64,000 nt of DNA from Diadema antillarum (Eukaryota), in contig NW_027270892.1 in assembly GCF_040938485.1 (NCBI RefSeq), positions 1,922,001 to 1,986,000 of the forward strand. The letters are read 5' to 3'. A program made the position numbers and the translations under genes. Shown one piece after another: positions 11,716 through 26,600 of this stretch. How positions within the stretch are numbered: position 1 is the first letter of the stretch; the number at the start of each line of letters is the position of its first letter. The notes under the pieces are model-generated. The model was not told the DNA's origin and did not search any database. It was given only the letters and a program-made list of their open reading frames with translations.

Positions 11716-14700
11716 TTAAGGGATGTTGCTGATGCAGAAGATAAACATCAAGAGGATGAATTAGGCAGAGGACTGGCGTTGACATTCTGTATCTACATCT
11801 ACCCAAGATGCCACGTAAATGTCACGCATGACTATCATACCTATTAATCGTGACGCGCAGATTCCCGGAGCAATCCGCTCGTGCACGGTAGATCCTTATA
11901 ATGTATGAAAAAATGAATATTTTCCGACGTTTATAAAGCTTGTTGCTTTGACATTGCACTGAATAAACTTTGTCAGTTTTTTTTTTTATATTGTCAATTG
12001 CAGAAAGCAATAGACTCCCTCCCCGCAGATTTGTTCCCAGGAAACATGGATGTTAAAACCTTGTCACATTAGATTTAAACTACAATGTAAGTACAGTGTA
12101 GCAGGAAATCGCCACATGATTAGTGTTACCAGGGAGATGAGTTCACCTCCCTGGTGTTACTGAATCACAACCCGCATAATAATTATTCTCGCTCCCCACC
12201 TCCCCATCCCCCCCCCCCCCCAATAAAAGTCTTTGTACCTTCACAGGACAAGGTATTCATATAAGTAGGGGGAGAAAACAACATCATGCTAAAAATAGGG
12301 GTATTTAAGACTATATCACAAGGGTTATTCTCTGTTTACCTCCATACACACCGGCAACGTGGACGACACGTGTAGAGATACAAGCTTCAGTGTTATCTGT
12401 GCATGTCCACGTGTGGCGGAGCGTGAGGGTTACTCGATATAGTTGTGACCGCCTTGTTCCGATTTTGAAACATTAAGATCAGTGCACCATAGTTACATTT
12501 ATTGCAACAAAGTATTCAAAAAGAATGGACTGATACATATACCATCGATTTAGTGCTAATGTTGAAGGGAACTATTCTTCACCTTTCCTCATGGTAAATA
12601 CAAATGCATGATGCGCGCATCATCACACACACGATGGTATGACTATGCTCATGGAGTTCTGCAATAACCAAACATGATTACGATATTAAATCTTATTGAT
12701 CAGTCTGGTGCGTAGGAGGAAGGACAATTAACCTTCAAGCATTGCATCTTCATGTTTTGACGATATATCACGCCAGGCATATAACGAGATGATGGAGGTT
12801 TAGACATCATCCTTCAATCCAGAAGATTTTGTTATTGTCAACCACCAAAAAGAAGTAATAGTTTCATGGCATGCTATATCATGGCACTAGTCAGATTTAA
12901 TCCATGTTAGACTGAGGCGTATAATGAAAAGATAGTAAATTGAATAATAGGATAGAATATTATTTACTGCTCTGTCGCCATATTAAGATAAACAGAAATC
13001 ACTGGATATGCATAGGGTCTACATGTCAATCTCGAAAACGAAGTAATTTAGTCCCCCCTCACCTCTCCTCCCCCCCCCCCCCCCCAGCCCCAAGTGGTTC
13101 GGAATTGTGGTATAGCTTTTTATTCTGAATTCATAAGTAATAACTGTTGCTGGTTGCTGAGGCCTTGCTGGTTGTCGACGCCGTTGTCGTTGTTGTTTTA
13201 ACTGCTTAAGCAAGGGGCCAGACTTTACTAGCATTCATGTTATTTTCTGGTTCCTATTTTCCTTGCTTTTCTGTATGTAACTGAATATGGCAGTAAACGT
13301 GCATAAACAGATTATTTGCTGTATTGGATGATAAAATTCCTTTATTAATTCCTTCTTTCATTCATTCATTCTGTCATTCAATCATTCATTTTTTTCATCC
13401 TTCATAGAAATGATGCCATAATATTGAGACGTCTGTCCAAGACATGTCGATGGTACTTCCTCCCAGTTTTGTGTATTGACAAGTCTGAAACATTAAGAGA
13501 ATCCGAAATCCATGATAATCTGGTATATATGGGATTCAATTCAATTTCCAGAAGTCGATCAAGATGTATATAGGCCTAGATGTTTGTCATTAATGGTACT
13601 CTTCCCTCTTACACTTAGATTTATCGTCATCTCTATATTCATGATTGACAATACAGTAATTATGTGTTATATTCAAATGCTCTGAGAAGTGCTTCCATTT
13701 CATCATGCATCAAATAAAGATTTCGTTTCCCTGTTCATAACGATTTCAAATCAATTAAATTATCGGGTAAACACATTGATAAGTGGTTCTGAACAAATAC
13801 ACGGCAATTTGCACTAAGTGGTCATCGATCGATCAGCGAGTTCGACAATCCGTGAAAAATTGAACAAGCAAACAAACAAACAAGCAAGCAAGCAAAGCCG
13901 GACAGGTAGCCAGATATACCACCCAATTCGCAATATTCAGCATGCTTCCCATCAGATGAGGCATATATACACCTGCACTTCTTCTCCTGACGTCGTTGAA
14001 TATCGCCTTCGACGATATTTTGGCGATGTTTATGAGCGACCTGGTCTACGGAAGTCGCTCAAAGACCAAAAATGACACAAAAAAAAAAGCCTCGCGGAAA
14101 ACAAATCGTGCGCATGGATTATACAAATGAATATTCTTTCCAGTAAATTGCAAAAAAAAAAATCAAATAGTATTTGTGACACGTTGACATATTTATATTC
14201 TATATGTTCAGTTGAATTAATCAAGTTAAGTTGAATAGGCGACCTACCTGAAGAGCAAAATTTTTCCTCAATGTTTGTTAGAAAATAATCATACTTGTCC
14301 TGGAAGACACATTGGATCCTATAATTCCCCTGTTCATTATAGTTTTAGTAATTACTTTTACAGCAGGCCCTTCATTTTGGAATGAGTTATGTCAACCAAG
14401 TCCTCTGTGTTCCTTTGTTCAGAGCCATTTAAAAAAAAAATCTTTATATACGTTTAATTGTTACCCTAATTTGATCAATGAAAATATCTTTGTGTACCCA
14501 TAATGAGGAAGCCTCATTCTGGTTGTTGTACCAAATTGTTACTAAGTTTTATTACAGTAGGTTCAATTATGAACACTCTATAACGTTGTATTTTTTGTTA
14601 TTTCTTTACTACTCTATCGACATTTTGTGTTCTCGTATGTTTCGACATTTTTCGTCACATTATACATTCTGTAAAACTCCTCATTACTATGGAGCCTACA

Positions 14701-15771
14701 TTCTGCACGCTTCTACATTTATTATGAGGTTCTACACGTTATTCATACATGTATTTGTTTATAAAATCCGTCTCAAATTGACTATTTTGTTTTGTACTTT
14801 CTTGATGATTTATCAAATTGAGTGTAAAATTGTATGAAATGTGGATAATGGAAAAATGGATTTAACAAAAAGGAGGTCAGGCTGACAATATTGGGATTTA
14901 TCAAACACCTTGTGTACAGCTCTTGCGTAAGATTCTTGCTACCCGATTGTGCGGCTGGTCGTCATATGTAATTTACTGAATACATTAAGTACCTGTCAAA
15001 GAATTAGAATAATAATGCTTCTCTTTTCGCTGTAACACTGTATTAGTTTATCTTCACGGATTGGTTACACGTAAATCCACTACAAAACATTGCTTGTGCA
15101 ATCCACGTTGTTGGATTTAAATGTTAAAACATCTTGATTGAACCAAATTAGAGAGACAATCTTCTCCATTATAACGGATGTGAGATGATACATTTCCTTT
15201 CAATCATAACAGCATGTAACTCCAACTTTTCTTTGTGTGGCATAATAACCAATCACTGATGTAAGTACATGACCCGGAATTGCATACAATTTTGTATATG
15301 GGGCATTGTGTTTTTGATCATGTTTTTCAATTAAAAAAAATCCTCATTGTGCCAGTCTCCGTCTGTCTCCGTCTCTATCAATCTATTCTTCTTTTTTTTA
15401 AATCTCTCTCTCCCTTTTCTTTCTCTCTCGCTCTCGGCTGCATTTATGACTCTCTTACACTGTATATAAAGATAATCAGACCTTTATCGGCAATTGTCAA
15501 TCTACTGTAAGTTTTATTTTGTCTGTTATGTCTATTTCACCCTCGGGAGTGATTGTAATGTATCTGTGGGTGACCCCCAGGTCTTTGGGCACCATTACGT
15601 CCGTACTGTGTGTGTGTGTGTGTGTGTCTGGCACTATCTCCGTCCCCCCCCCCTCTCTCTCTCTCTCTCTCCAATTTTTTGTACCCCTTTCGTGTGACTC
15701 TGTTTATAGTGCAGGGCTTTATACACAAGTGTTTATTGTGCTTTTGTTCGTACATGCATTCAAATGTAGTA

Positions 15772-16596
15772 CTAGGTGTTACAAAAACATTTCCCACTTT
15801 TGATTCTTAATAGTTCAAAAACTTTGTATCAGATTAAAACTGTCATTGATAAGAGTAATAGCTGAATAGTGTACAATTTAGTTTGAGGTGATTTGAATAT
15901 GAAAGGCTATACAACGTATTAGTTTCATGAAATTAATGATTTATTTCAATGTTAGATTCCAGATTTTGAGCAAATTTTAACCTTCTGTACAAAAATTGAA
16001 CTTTATACAGGAACCAATCATGTGTATGTGAGTGTGTGCTTACAATGACCCCGAACAATGGACATGGCTACCACCTGTTCAGAGCTCCTGCTGCAAGGCA
16101 CATGAATGCTTTATTAATTATTCATGTGGATTGCCCTAAGCACTGCTAGTCTGAATTCATGACACAGGGTGAAATGCATGCACATGAAAAAAGTAAGCAC
16201 ATGTTTCCATGTTTCCATGTGCTTGCATACACCGTATTTCAGAATGAATAAAGACTAGGTGTGATGGTGGAATTCCTCATAAATATGTAATAGAGCATTC
16301 CAATCCTGGCCATTGTCCAGGACCATTGTCTGGGTATCAACAACACACTCCTATCCTATACACACCAATAACCCCCTGTGCAAAGTTGAAGTTTTGTACA
16401 GAGGGTTGAAAATAGAGCAAAATCTGGAACCTAACTGAAAAATTAATGCTGAATCTAATGAAACTGAACCATGCTTTCATTTACCTCCAACAAAATTGTA
16501 CACTATTCAGCTATTGCTCATATCAATGTTAGTGTTATCTAATAGTTTCTGAACTATAAAGGATCAAAAGTAGGAAATGTTTTTTGTAACACCTAG
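15772..16596. mobile_element. TA-flanked MITE (Tc1/mariner-like) with ~240-bp imperfect TIRs
   Basis: TA|CTAGGTGTTACAAAAACATTTC ... GAAATGTTTTTTGTAACACCTAG|TA; inverted similarity continues to ~16010 and ~16380. Confidence 0.75.
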
Positions 16597-19500
16597 TATT
16601 TTAGGGGTTGAACACAGGTAAACTATGGAAACATGCAAGGGCATGCATTAGTGCAATTGCAACCTTTTCATTGCTATAAAAATGGATGAGATTTGCTTTG
16701 GTTAGTTTTCAATACATTGTAGTACATTGTTCTGTACTTCATGCGGAAATACGTACACTAATCATTTGAGATCTATTGTCAAATCTGCATAAATGCACTC
16801 AATGCAGTGTTGCGCGCATGCCTGTGTGTGTGTGTGTGTACATGTGTGTCCATTGGTAATGAAGAGGTCACTCAGAGGTTACACCATAGCTTTTATCACT
16901 TCACATTCATTAACCATCTCTCACGTACAACGGATATACCGCAAAAGTTGCTTCCGTAGCAAGCTTTGCTTCATTCAGTTCACTGGAGCAGTCATCAACC
17001 TGTTCACTCTTACAACTACATTGTACTGAAATTCCTACACGGCCAGGTACATCACAGATACTGACTCGAGAATGACTTGGGAAATTAGAATGATGTGTTA
17101 TTGGATACAATAAACTGCTACAACCTACTTAAGAGGCAGAATAGCACACAAAACACAAAAATAGTTCATTTACAGGTGCAATGTACATGTATATATTTAT
17201 TTCACATCAAGATAAAGCTAGCATATTACCAAATATACCCCTGTACACATCAATGTCTCTACAGAAAAAAAATAATATAATCCATCCATGATGAATGACA
17301 TCATACTGTTTACTCCAAAATTGTCCTTCCAAAGCTGTCATGTTCCCAGTCCAAATCCCATCAAGATTTTTATGATTCTCACACAAATGTACACTAATGA
17401 TCTTTTACACTAACACAGATGTCACCTCTTCTGATTAAATCATCTTTTCTCATTAGTTACCTCATTAAAAGAAATACAGCAATAATTGCTTTTTGTTTTC
17501 ACACCTTACAGGTCACAAAAACAGCTGGAATTTTTTTCTTCCTCTTTCTTTTCTCAGGGAGGCAACATTTGTTCGTTCTTTCTTTAATCACATCACCTTG
17601 ATTCTGTATGTACAGACTGTACAAATGTAACAAATAACAACAGGCATGTTGACGATGAAAATGATTCACATATCTTTGATGTATACATTTCCTCATCTTT
17701 CATTTACCTCTGATGGTCATGATAAGATGTCAAAAAATATATCTATTTTTTGCGATATTAAATGGAGCATAGTTTGGGGGCAATGTACCCTGTAATATTC
17801 TTTATTTTCTTCTTTCTTCTTCAAACACAAGTTTTCAAATGCATTTTACAGGAAAAATTGGGAAACATATATATAAGTTATAACAACCAAGAATACTGAT
17901 AAGGAAATGATATGAACTTGAACTTATGTCATCAACCCACGGGAGCCATCTCAATTAGTAAGGCATATGCACAGGGTGTGTGGTATTGTGGTGAGCTTTG
18001 AAAATACATGTACCCTTACCCGAGAAGCTTTTTTTTTTTTATAAAAGGGGGACAACTCAAAAAAATATAACCACTCTCCAGCTGCCCACACCTCTGATCA
18101 ATAGTTTCACCACTTCTTGCCCTGAGGTGCACAGAAGTTTCTATCACAAAATAGACTCTTCCTGTCTCCAAATAAGCTCATAGAACTCTTTATTTATACA
18201 GCAATCTTATTTACACATTATCTGTTTTCTCAAAGTGAGGTGCATTGTGCATGGCAATTATTGTTGTTTACACAACACAAAATCCTTCAAAGATAAAAAA
18301 ACTAACAAACAAAGTGAACATTCAAACATGTAAGTCTCTGATGAACAATGTACTAACAATCCTTACTAATGTGTTACATGTACTCTGAGGGATCAAGAGG
18401 AAAGTTAATCCACCAGAAACAGTTGGACGTACTGGTTCTCAATGCAAGTCCATGAAAGTGTGATGATGTGCCTTTTTATAAATGACAGAGTAGGATTGGT
18501 CAAATCAGAGCATCTAAATTGCCTAACATGTGTGTCAAGTTCTGCTTCTTTGGAACAATAGCTCTTTCTTTTCTCTGATTGTGCTGTGTATATGTTGTCT
18601 CTTTGATGTTGCAATTGGTTCTAGTTTTTGTATCTCTAATGAAGATGAATGCCTCATCCCATTCACGGTCATTGTTTCAGTATTTCTTAACTCATCAAGT
18701 CGTATTTACAACGCTGCCGAATGGCACACACACACTGAAATACTGTTTGAAAACAAAAATATACTTAACCTAATATTCTACTATAGGTGTAGATTTGAGA
18801 CGTCCGATCCCAGCACACTACACCACCAAGGCACAGATTTACTACAACCACAAGATCTAAAGTCACAATTTCATCATCTGAGAACAGCCCAATGAACCAA
18901 CTGATGACCAACTTTTCACAAGTTTATGCATCAGTTCTAGCACGAGAACAAACTGCATGAAACATAAGTGGCAGAAAATGAGATAAAACAGTTCACTGCT
19001 TTTGTACATTCTTCCTCAAACTGTGAAGCACGACATTGGAGTTACACTTTCAATTCTTAACATGAATCATTTACAAACAACAAAGCTGGTGGAATTGTTC
19101 TACAAAATTAAAATATCTTATCAAAGAAGAATTGGACAAAAACTGCACAAGAGAGAGAGAGGGAGAAAAAAAAAAGGAGGGAGTTGTAGCGACTGTATAC
19201 AGAAAGGACATGATGAAAAGAGAGCAGGATATGCATGTACAATGCTGTTGGAATTGTGTAAGAATACAAAGTTGTATATTGCTTGTCTCAGTAAATGATA
19301 TGAGCATGCCTCTATCTTTGATTGAACTGGTACGATGTTAGGATTGTCATGGCAGCAGCGATAGAAAAGGAAAGTTGCCATGGCGGTACAGCAGTCCATA
19401 ACAATGAGATAATTCAGCATTGTCACAGCAGCATCGTCTGAAATTCAAATGCAAAAAGGAACTACATGTACAATCTCCCATGCAGCACAATGTACCTTAA

Positions 19501-22500
19501 TAGCAAAGCACTACCAGTCGTTCTTCCAAGTGTTAAAATTAGCTCTTCTATTTCTGTATTTGAGGGGTCACGTTCATGACTACTGTGCAGCATTGATTTT
19601 GGCATTATACGTGTAGTAAAGCACCTGCACAGGGAGGTCTAGCTGGCAGTCTGCACCACCAGGAGAAAACCTAGCTTTCCACGTCAATGAATGGCACCAA
19701 TACATTGTATATCTCCCACCATGAGCCCCACACGCTCGTGAAAATGGAATGAACCGGGCAGAGTGCTTCATGCCACAGCGACTGCAAAGGGGTGGATGCA
19801 GGTAATGTAAGGACAGGAGAAACAAAAGCCACCCTACTGTGCTGTAGTTCTCGGCTATCTTTTGTGACTGACACCTTTATCCCTATCAACATCGACTGCA
19901 TATGTGACATGCCAAAACATTCCTATATTATCTGGACATTTATTGAAAATGACAGACAGATACTGGTATAGATCTTGGTTAAGGAGAAAGGGCAGAAAAT
20001 TAAAAAAAAAAGAATGGAAGATACAAAGCCAATTCTTATCAGAATAATCAAGCGTAGGTACACAATGGCACCAACTCATAAATTGTGAGAGCGAGGTTTT
20101 AACAGATCACTTTCTATCACATTTGTACACTGACACATAAACACCCATCAGCAAAACTTGGGTGTTAGTGGCAAAATACACGTACCTTCAATGCGTTGTG
20201 ATTGGATAAAATGTGCCGAATTTGGGTCATCAAACAACAGTCACATCACACTTCCATGAACATCAGGCTATCCAACAAATTATGGACTTGTACAAGAAGA
20301 CTCATTGGCTATTAAAGATGTATTCACCATGTCTACACAATGTGTGCTTTCACTTCTGTCATAGTCAAAGAGCAATGCTCAAGTCCTTCTGGAATTGGGT
20401 GATTGGTGCACACATCTACAATCGGGGGGAAAAAATCTGAGACACCCATACCACACATTAAACTAACTCTACAGCTATCAACATTCACTATGGTGACGTG
20501 AATATCTAGTGTATATCCTCATGTACACATACGGTAATCAGAAACACTGAATTACCAAACCAGCTTTATGCAGGGCTATATCAAGCCGACACCAAAATTG
20601 TCGGACACAAGTCTTCCTAAATTCTTGGGAACACGAAACAATGTTCTGCCAGCTTACAACAGAAAAATAGTACCAATTTGATTCACAATCTCTGGCAGTT
20701 ACCAATTTCCTGAGCATTAAGGTGCACTTGACAAAATGTACCACATTACATGTATCTATTTACAAGTGTGCAGGTGTGCATCTCTATAACACTTGATTTA
20801 TGCTCACTTACTGTGTCTCTCCGCATTTCACATCCATCATCACATCAGATATTTTATCTCCAACCATAACTACAACTCTCTGAAGGACTGCTTGTAAAAC
20901 AAGCTGTATGAATGTTGTTGTTGTTGTTGTTGTTGTTTCAAAGGGGCTACAACAGAAGGGTGGGGTTGGTAAAGACAAGATGAACATGTTCTATGTCCCT
21001 GAATGTGTTAATACAGTATTAAAGGATTTTAATACCGTTATTCTGTTTCCTGTACTTCTTTCTTCTTCATTAACCTGGGCATTCAAATTAAAGCATACTG
21101 TACACACTGCAAATAAAATGGCTTGTAAAACAATGCCCATGTACAAGACTGCTTTACTGACAATCCCCTTTCCCTCTTTATTATTTTTTTCTTTTTGCTT
21201 TATTTTATTTTGTTGCAGGTAGGGGGAAGGTGGTGTGAGGTTACTCCTGGTCATGTAAACACCAAACACAGATACTTGATTACAGTGTCTGTAGGTACAA
21301 AGTATTTACACTTAACACTTTTCATGTAGCTCTCTGACACCAGATTCTCTTGGGTCCTCAAATACTGGTCTGACATTAGCTGCTGGATGAATAATAATGA
21401 AATTTTTAAAAAGAGCATTACATAACAGCCCCAACTCCTCAACCTCCCCCCCCCCCCAAAAAAAAAGCAAACAACCCGGCACAACCACATATCCAAATGT
21501 GATGCATTTGCATTGTTGAAATATCTTGCTTCAGTCAAGTACAGTTTCCATTAGAAGAGGTTTCAGCTGAATATTATCCTCCCATAAAACTGCAACACAG
21601 ACTGTGACATACTTCAGAAGCAATACGCATTTGCCATCACAGAAGCTTCATAGCACATTGATAATATGTGTACTGTAACTTGGCTATGTACAATTAACTG
21701 CAAAGCACAAGGGAAAATCTTGCTTTTCTGATACACTGTACAATTCGCAGCTCTTTGTGCACTATCACCTCCAACAATCAAGTGCAAAGCAAAATCTTAC
21801 AAATATGCACATATGTATACACATACTGTATATTCATCGGCATACCTGTAACTCCTGAATGGACATCTTTTTTGTTACAGTTCAAAATCTCACAATAAAA
21901 ACCAGGAACTTTCTCAAACCCGGCACAAAGACTGGACTTACGTGTAGAAGTTGCAAAATTGAACCTGCTCACAACATAGACGAGTGCTCTCATCTACTCT
22001 CTACATTAATCTTCTTTTTTTGGGGGGTGGGGGTGGGGGGGGGGGGGTGAATTAGAAATGTGTCTTTCCTGATATGGACACATGCTAATATGCATTCACA
22101 TGTGTCAAATGGTAAGACAGCACTTTCTACAATCTAATGACCAACCAGATGCACCAAATAAAAAAAGACACAACTGTGATGCAACATTACGTCATCTTGA
22201 AAATGCGTCAACAGGAGTGGCCAATCAAAAATGCAGGGAACTTGCACGCTGGAATGGCATGGGATACATCATTGTACATGTGTAAGTTTGCACACATGAT
22301 GTGGCTCCAAATTTAAAAAATACCACTGTCTCTTTTTCACAAATTTGTATTTGGTCTTCGCAATAGGTTCTAACATCAGGAAGAAACAAAAACTAAAAAA
22401 AAACTGCCTCTGGCAGAAAGCAAATGAGTATCATTTCATTTCATTTCTTACACGATACTACAGTGGAATACCTACATGTAATCTAAAAATGCCCCCTATT

Positions 22501-23243
22501 AGTCTTTACATTCTCCACTTTGATCAAACTTTGGGGACTTTGTACGCGTGTATGTTGTAAAACTTTTCACAACTTCCCGGGGCAGTCTGCTCACATGGAA
22601 ATGCTTTGAGTTAAAAAAACAACAACAAATATAACAATATATTTAACAGAAAGGGAAAGAAAAGAAATTGGTGGTGTTCACAAATCTGCTGGTACATGCA
22701 GTACATGTAGAACGTGTTGTTATCAGTTAGCCTCATGACAATAGGGCAGGAGACTAAAAGTGCATGGGAGATGTAAAATGTGTGTGATTTGTCTAAATTG
22801 TAACTGCCCAATGTGCAAGATTACTGGTGAAACTGGAGTCTGAAGTACACAATGTATTCCGTGACCAGGTGATAGTTGACTTGGTCAGTGGTAGGACAAC
22901 CATCTCACTGAGATATGGCATGTGTTCATGGACACTTAAGCACTGTCATCGGCTATGACTGTCCAGCATACCAAAATGTCACAAGGGAGCAGCGATCAGC
23001 TCTCACAAATTTGTAGGACTACGTAGAAGGGTAATACGTATCCAGTCATCCCGTAAAAAACAAGAAGCAAATTCTGTCTGGAGCAAAGCCTATATGTTAG
23101 CTGCATTCTTTCTCAGGATTCACTTAGAATGAAAAAGCGTAATCCAAGAGATTATCTTTCACTTGCTTGTGAGAACTGGGTGCAGATAGCTACCAAAACG
23201 ACAACTCTTTGGTTGACATAAAGTACACTGTGCTACAGCAATG

Positions 23244-23680
23244 CTAGTCCATTTTCATCATGTTGAGGCGCTTCTCGTACGTCGCAATTATCTTCTTCAG
23301 TGTGGAATTTTCCTTTTTCAAATCGAGGATATCTTCCTTGAGGGCACCATTTTCTTTCTCAAGGTAAGCTGCTCGGATGACGATTTGATTCTCCTTGATG
23401 CGGCGGGCGTCCCGTGACCTCTTAGCTGCGATGTTGTTCTTCCGTCGCCTCTCCCAGTACCGCTCGTCCTTCTGTTCATCAGGCACGTACACTTTCTTTG
23501 ACTTCTTGATCATGGGCTGCGGTTTCAGCTCCTCCTCAGTGAAATTGCACTCCTTGGGGTCAAACTTATCCTGACCTGGAGCTGTGGCCAGTGCGACATC
23601 AGTGTCGGTCAAGTTGAATTGCACGTCTATGTGAACTGGACTGGGATCTCGCACAGGACTCATTCCACTTGGGATGACAA
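23244..23680 (-). CDS. HLF: PAR-bZIP coding exon 3 (PAR domain and bZIP)
   Basis: Acceptor TTTGCAG|TT; basic region [17 protein letters not shown] and leucine heptads; TAG at 23246-23244. Confidence 0.96.
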
Positions 23681-26600
23681 CTGCAAAGTAGTAGCAGGAA
23701 GAACAAATTAGCCACCAGTTACTAAAAAGTCTCTCTCTTTTAAACATATTATGTACAAATGATACTTTTTATCAAAAAAGTAAATCAAACATGTTTTTCG
23801 ATTGATTATCAGGGGCAAATTTGAAGAACAGTAAGTATCTGGATTCAGATGCTTTGGTTATTGACAAGTTTCTACGAAAATCACAGTGGGCATGCAATAT
23901 CAAGCACTGCCTTTTGTCCCTGAACATTGTAAGATGATGTTATTGTACATGGCAGGCATACATTGTATGAACACTGTGCTACACACAGCAGTGCAACAGA
24001 TTTCTTTGTTAATAAAAAGAAAATCAATCATGGGAGAATATGACTTTTTTTTTTTTTTTTTTTTTACAAGGAAGTTTGTATGATATCAGGAATTCATCTT
24101 TTGGTTTTAGTGTACATACTGATAAACTCACACTCATATTGTAAGGACATTATTTCAAGACAGCAGAATTTTGTGAATGATGTTCACATGCATAAAAATA
24201 CACACATTACATGTACACATACAATGTACATGTGTACACAAGCATGCACAAGTTTTGAAAATTACACTGTCACTATCAAGGAATTTATGAACATACATTA
24301 CTGTGTAAAAAAAAAAAATCTTGGCTAATTGTTCAATGAATGCTTTATTCTACCACATCTGCATTTGGGAATACCCTCTAATGAACATACAGTGCAGGGA
24401 TGCCAAGTTCAAAAACATTTTATGAGTGAGATTTTCATGACTTGGCATCTCGGCGCGCTAATGTGCGCATGAGAGAGGGTGTGGGAGGGCTTTTTCCCCC
24501 CTGTGGCCTCACACGGTAGGGAGCTTTCTCAATTTTAAGCTCTTAATGGTGTGATCAGGTGCATACTAAAAAGTGACTATTTTTTACTTATTTTGAAAGA
24601 CAAAAGGGAAATACACCTCCGATTGCAACTATCACTTTAATCTTTTGAGCTATGCTCATTATCATAGGCCCAAGTTGCAGACTTCGCCCGATGCGTGAGA
24701 AAAATGGGTGCCATGTGTGAGATTGTGAGATGGCACCTAAATGCTTGAGTCTCATGCAGAATGCGCGAGACTTGGTAGCTCTGACAGTGTAGTACAAGTC
24801 TGAGCACTCACAGATGTCACACTTTTTTAAGCAATCAGCATTTACAGTACTTAGCTTAAATCCTACTCCTTGTTTTTTTTTAAGCCTCTTTTAAAAACAA
24901 AATACATGTATCAGGGAATAGGGATACTGATTTCACGACATGTATATGTACTTAGGTACTATACAATGTAGGTACTTTGGTAGGTGGACCATGCAGCTCA
25001 GATGTATATTTTTGTTCACACAGAAACCCTCTTACACAGTACCTTTTAATGCATCTCAGAGAAATTGAAGAGAAAATTGAAGAGAAAGATGAGTGTGAAA
25101 CTGACAGGCATAACGTACTTTGTGACAAGATCCCTCTTTTGAAAACATGGGGAACATTACAATGCACATGTTCCTCATGTAGTATGCTGGTGACAGCAAT
25201 TTATGGTGACCAGCCCTAAACGAGTCTGACCTTACAAGAAATTACCTTAGATTCCACTATGAGTGAAATTAATTCACTGGCATGCAACGGTATTGAGACA
25301 CATCATAACAAGACATGATCTCAAAAAACAAAACAAAAACAAAAACAAAAACTGCTATTCTTGCGTGCAACAAGATATAATTTCAAAGTCCATCAAACTG
25401 CTTAAATTCATGTTGTGTAACACAGATGAAAATGGGAGGGAGAAGAATTCTTAAGCACCAAAGAATTTTTACTACAAAATGTATATACATTTGTATATCA
25501 AACAAGTTGGATATTACATGTACATGTACAATGTACATTGTAGGCCCTACAATATGTATATCTTATGCAAAAGCGCTGCCAATGCAGTATTACTGGACAT
25601 CAAACATACCTTCTGGAATACTGTCAGGAGAGCTAGGGGGAGGTGGACTTGGGGTGGGGGATGGGATGTTCAAAGCGGCCTGAATGGACTGAGGGGACGG
25701 CTGATCGATCTCGGGGTCTGGTGATTGTGGTTCCTCGGTGGGCAAAGCTCTTTCCTCCTGAGACGACTTCTCACTGTTGCCGTTCTTCCCGTCCATAACA
25801 GATATTCCATTTTCGGTCAGGAACTCGTCCAGGTCCATGTACTCTAGCTTGAGGTCGTCGTACGGTGTCTTTTCCCAGAGTGAGGGGCCGAGGAAGGCCG
25901 CTGCCATGTCTTCTGAGCAGTAGTCGAAGCTGTCGAGAAGGCCAGCCTCCTTGTCTTTCTTGCCATCTTTGTCCTTGCCTAAGACACAGGAAAGGAAAAA
26001 AAACATGAAAGAATACGGCTGAAAGTCTCTGTGTGAAGAACAATCATGATATGAAGTGGTCAAATTTTGTAAAAGCAAAGATGACTGTACAATGATACAG
26101 GCATTGTCATACAAAGGTAAATGTATTTCTTGGCATTGCACCCAGTACTATGGTACAGACTGCAGTATGAATTGTACCTGTGATGTACAAGTGATTAAAT
26201 TCCTGATTGTAAAGTACAGCACTGAACAGAGAAATCTACATGTATGTGTACATGTCATGCAGTTTTGAAGTTTGCAGTGCACTGAGCACTGTAGGTGGGA
26301 AGCTAGTACATCCTGATACATTGTATTCATTTTTGCTATAATACAAATTGTGTACACTATATTTCACATTTAGAATGGGCCTTATACATTGTACACTGTA
26401 AGTAACAGGGCATTTCAAAAGTAAAAGTGTACATGTACAATGTACATTTCACTATATAGGGATGTCAATTACAAAGATGATGTGTAATTTTCTGTTTCCA
26501 AGGTACTGTACATGTACAGTACATTGTACACCCCCATATGTTTTCTTTTAGAACAGTTTAATGTCATGAGACTGAGAGAAACAGATCTGTAACTTTGCCC

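Noticed and set aside
12590-17110. Short ORFs (Thr/Ser-rich piece at ~13140-13200, 13818-14075, 16910-17110) as exons of another gene
   Set aside because: No recognisable domain and no consistent splice chain.
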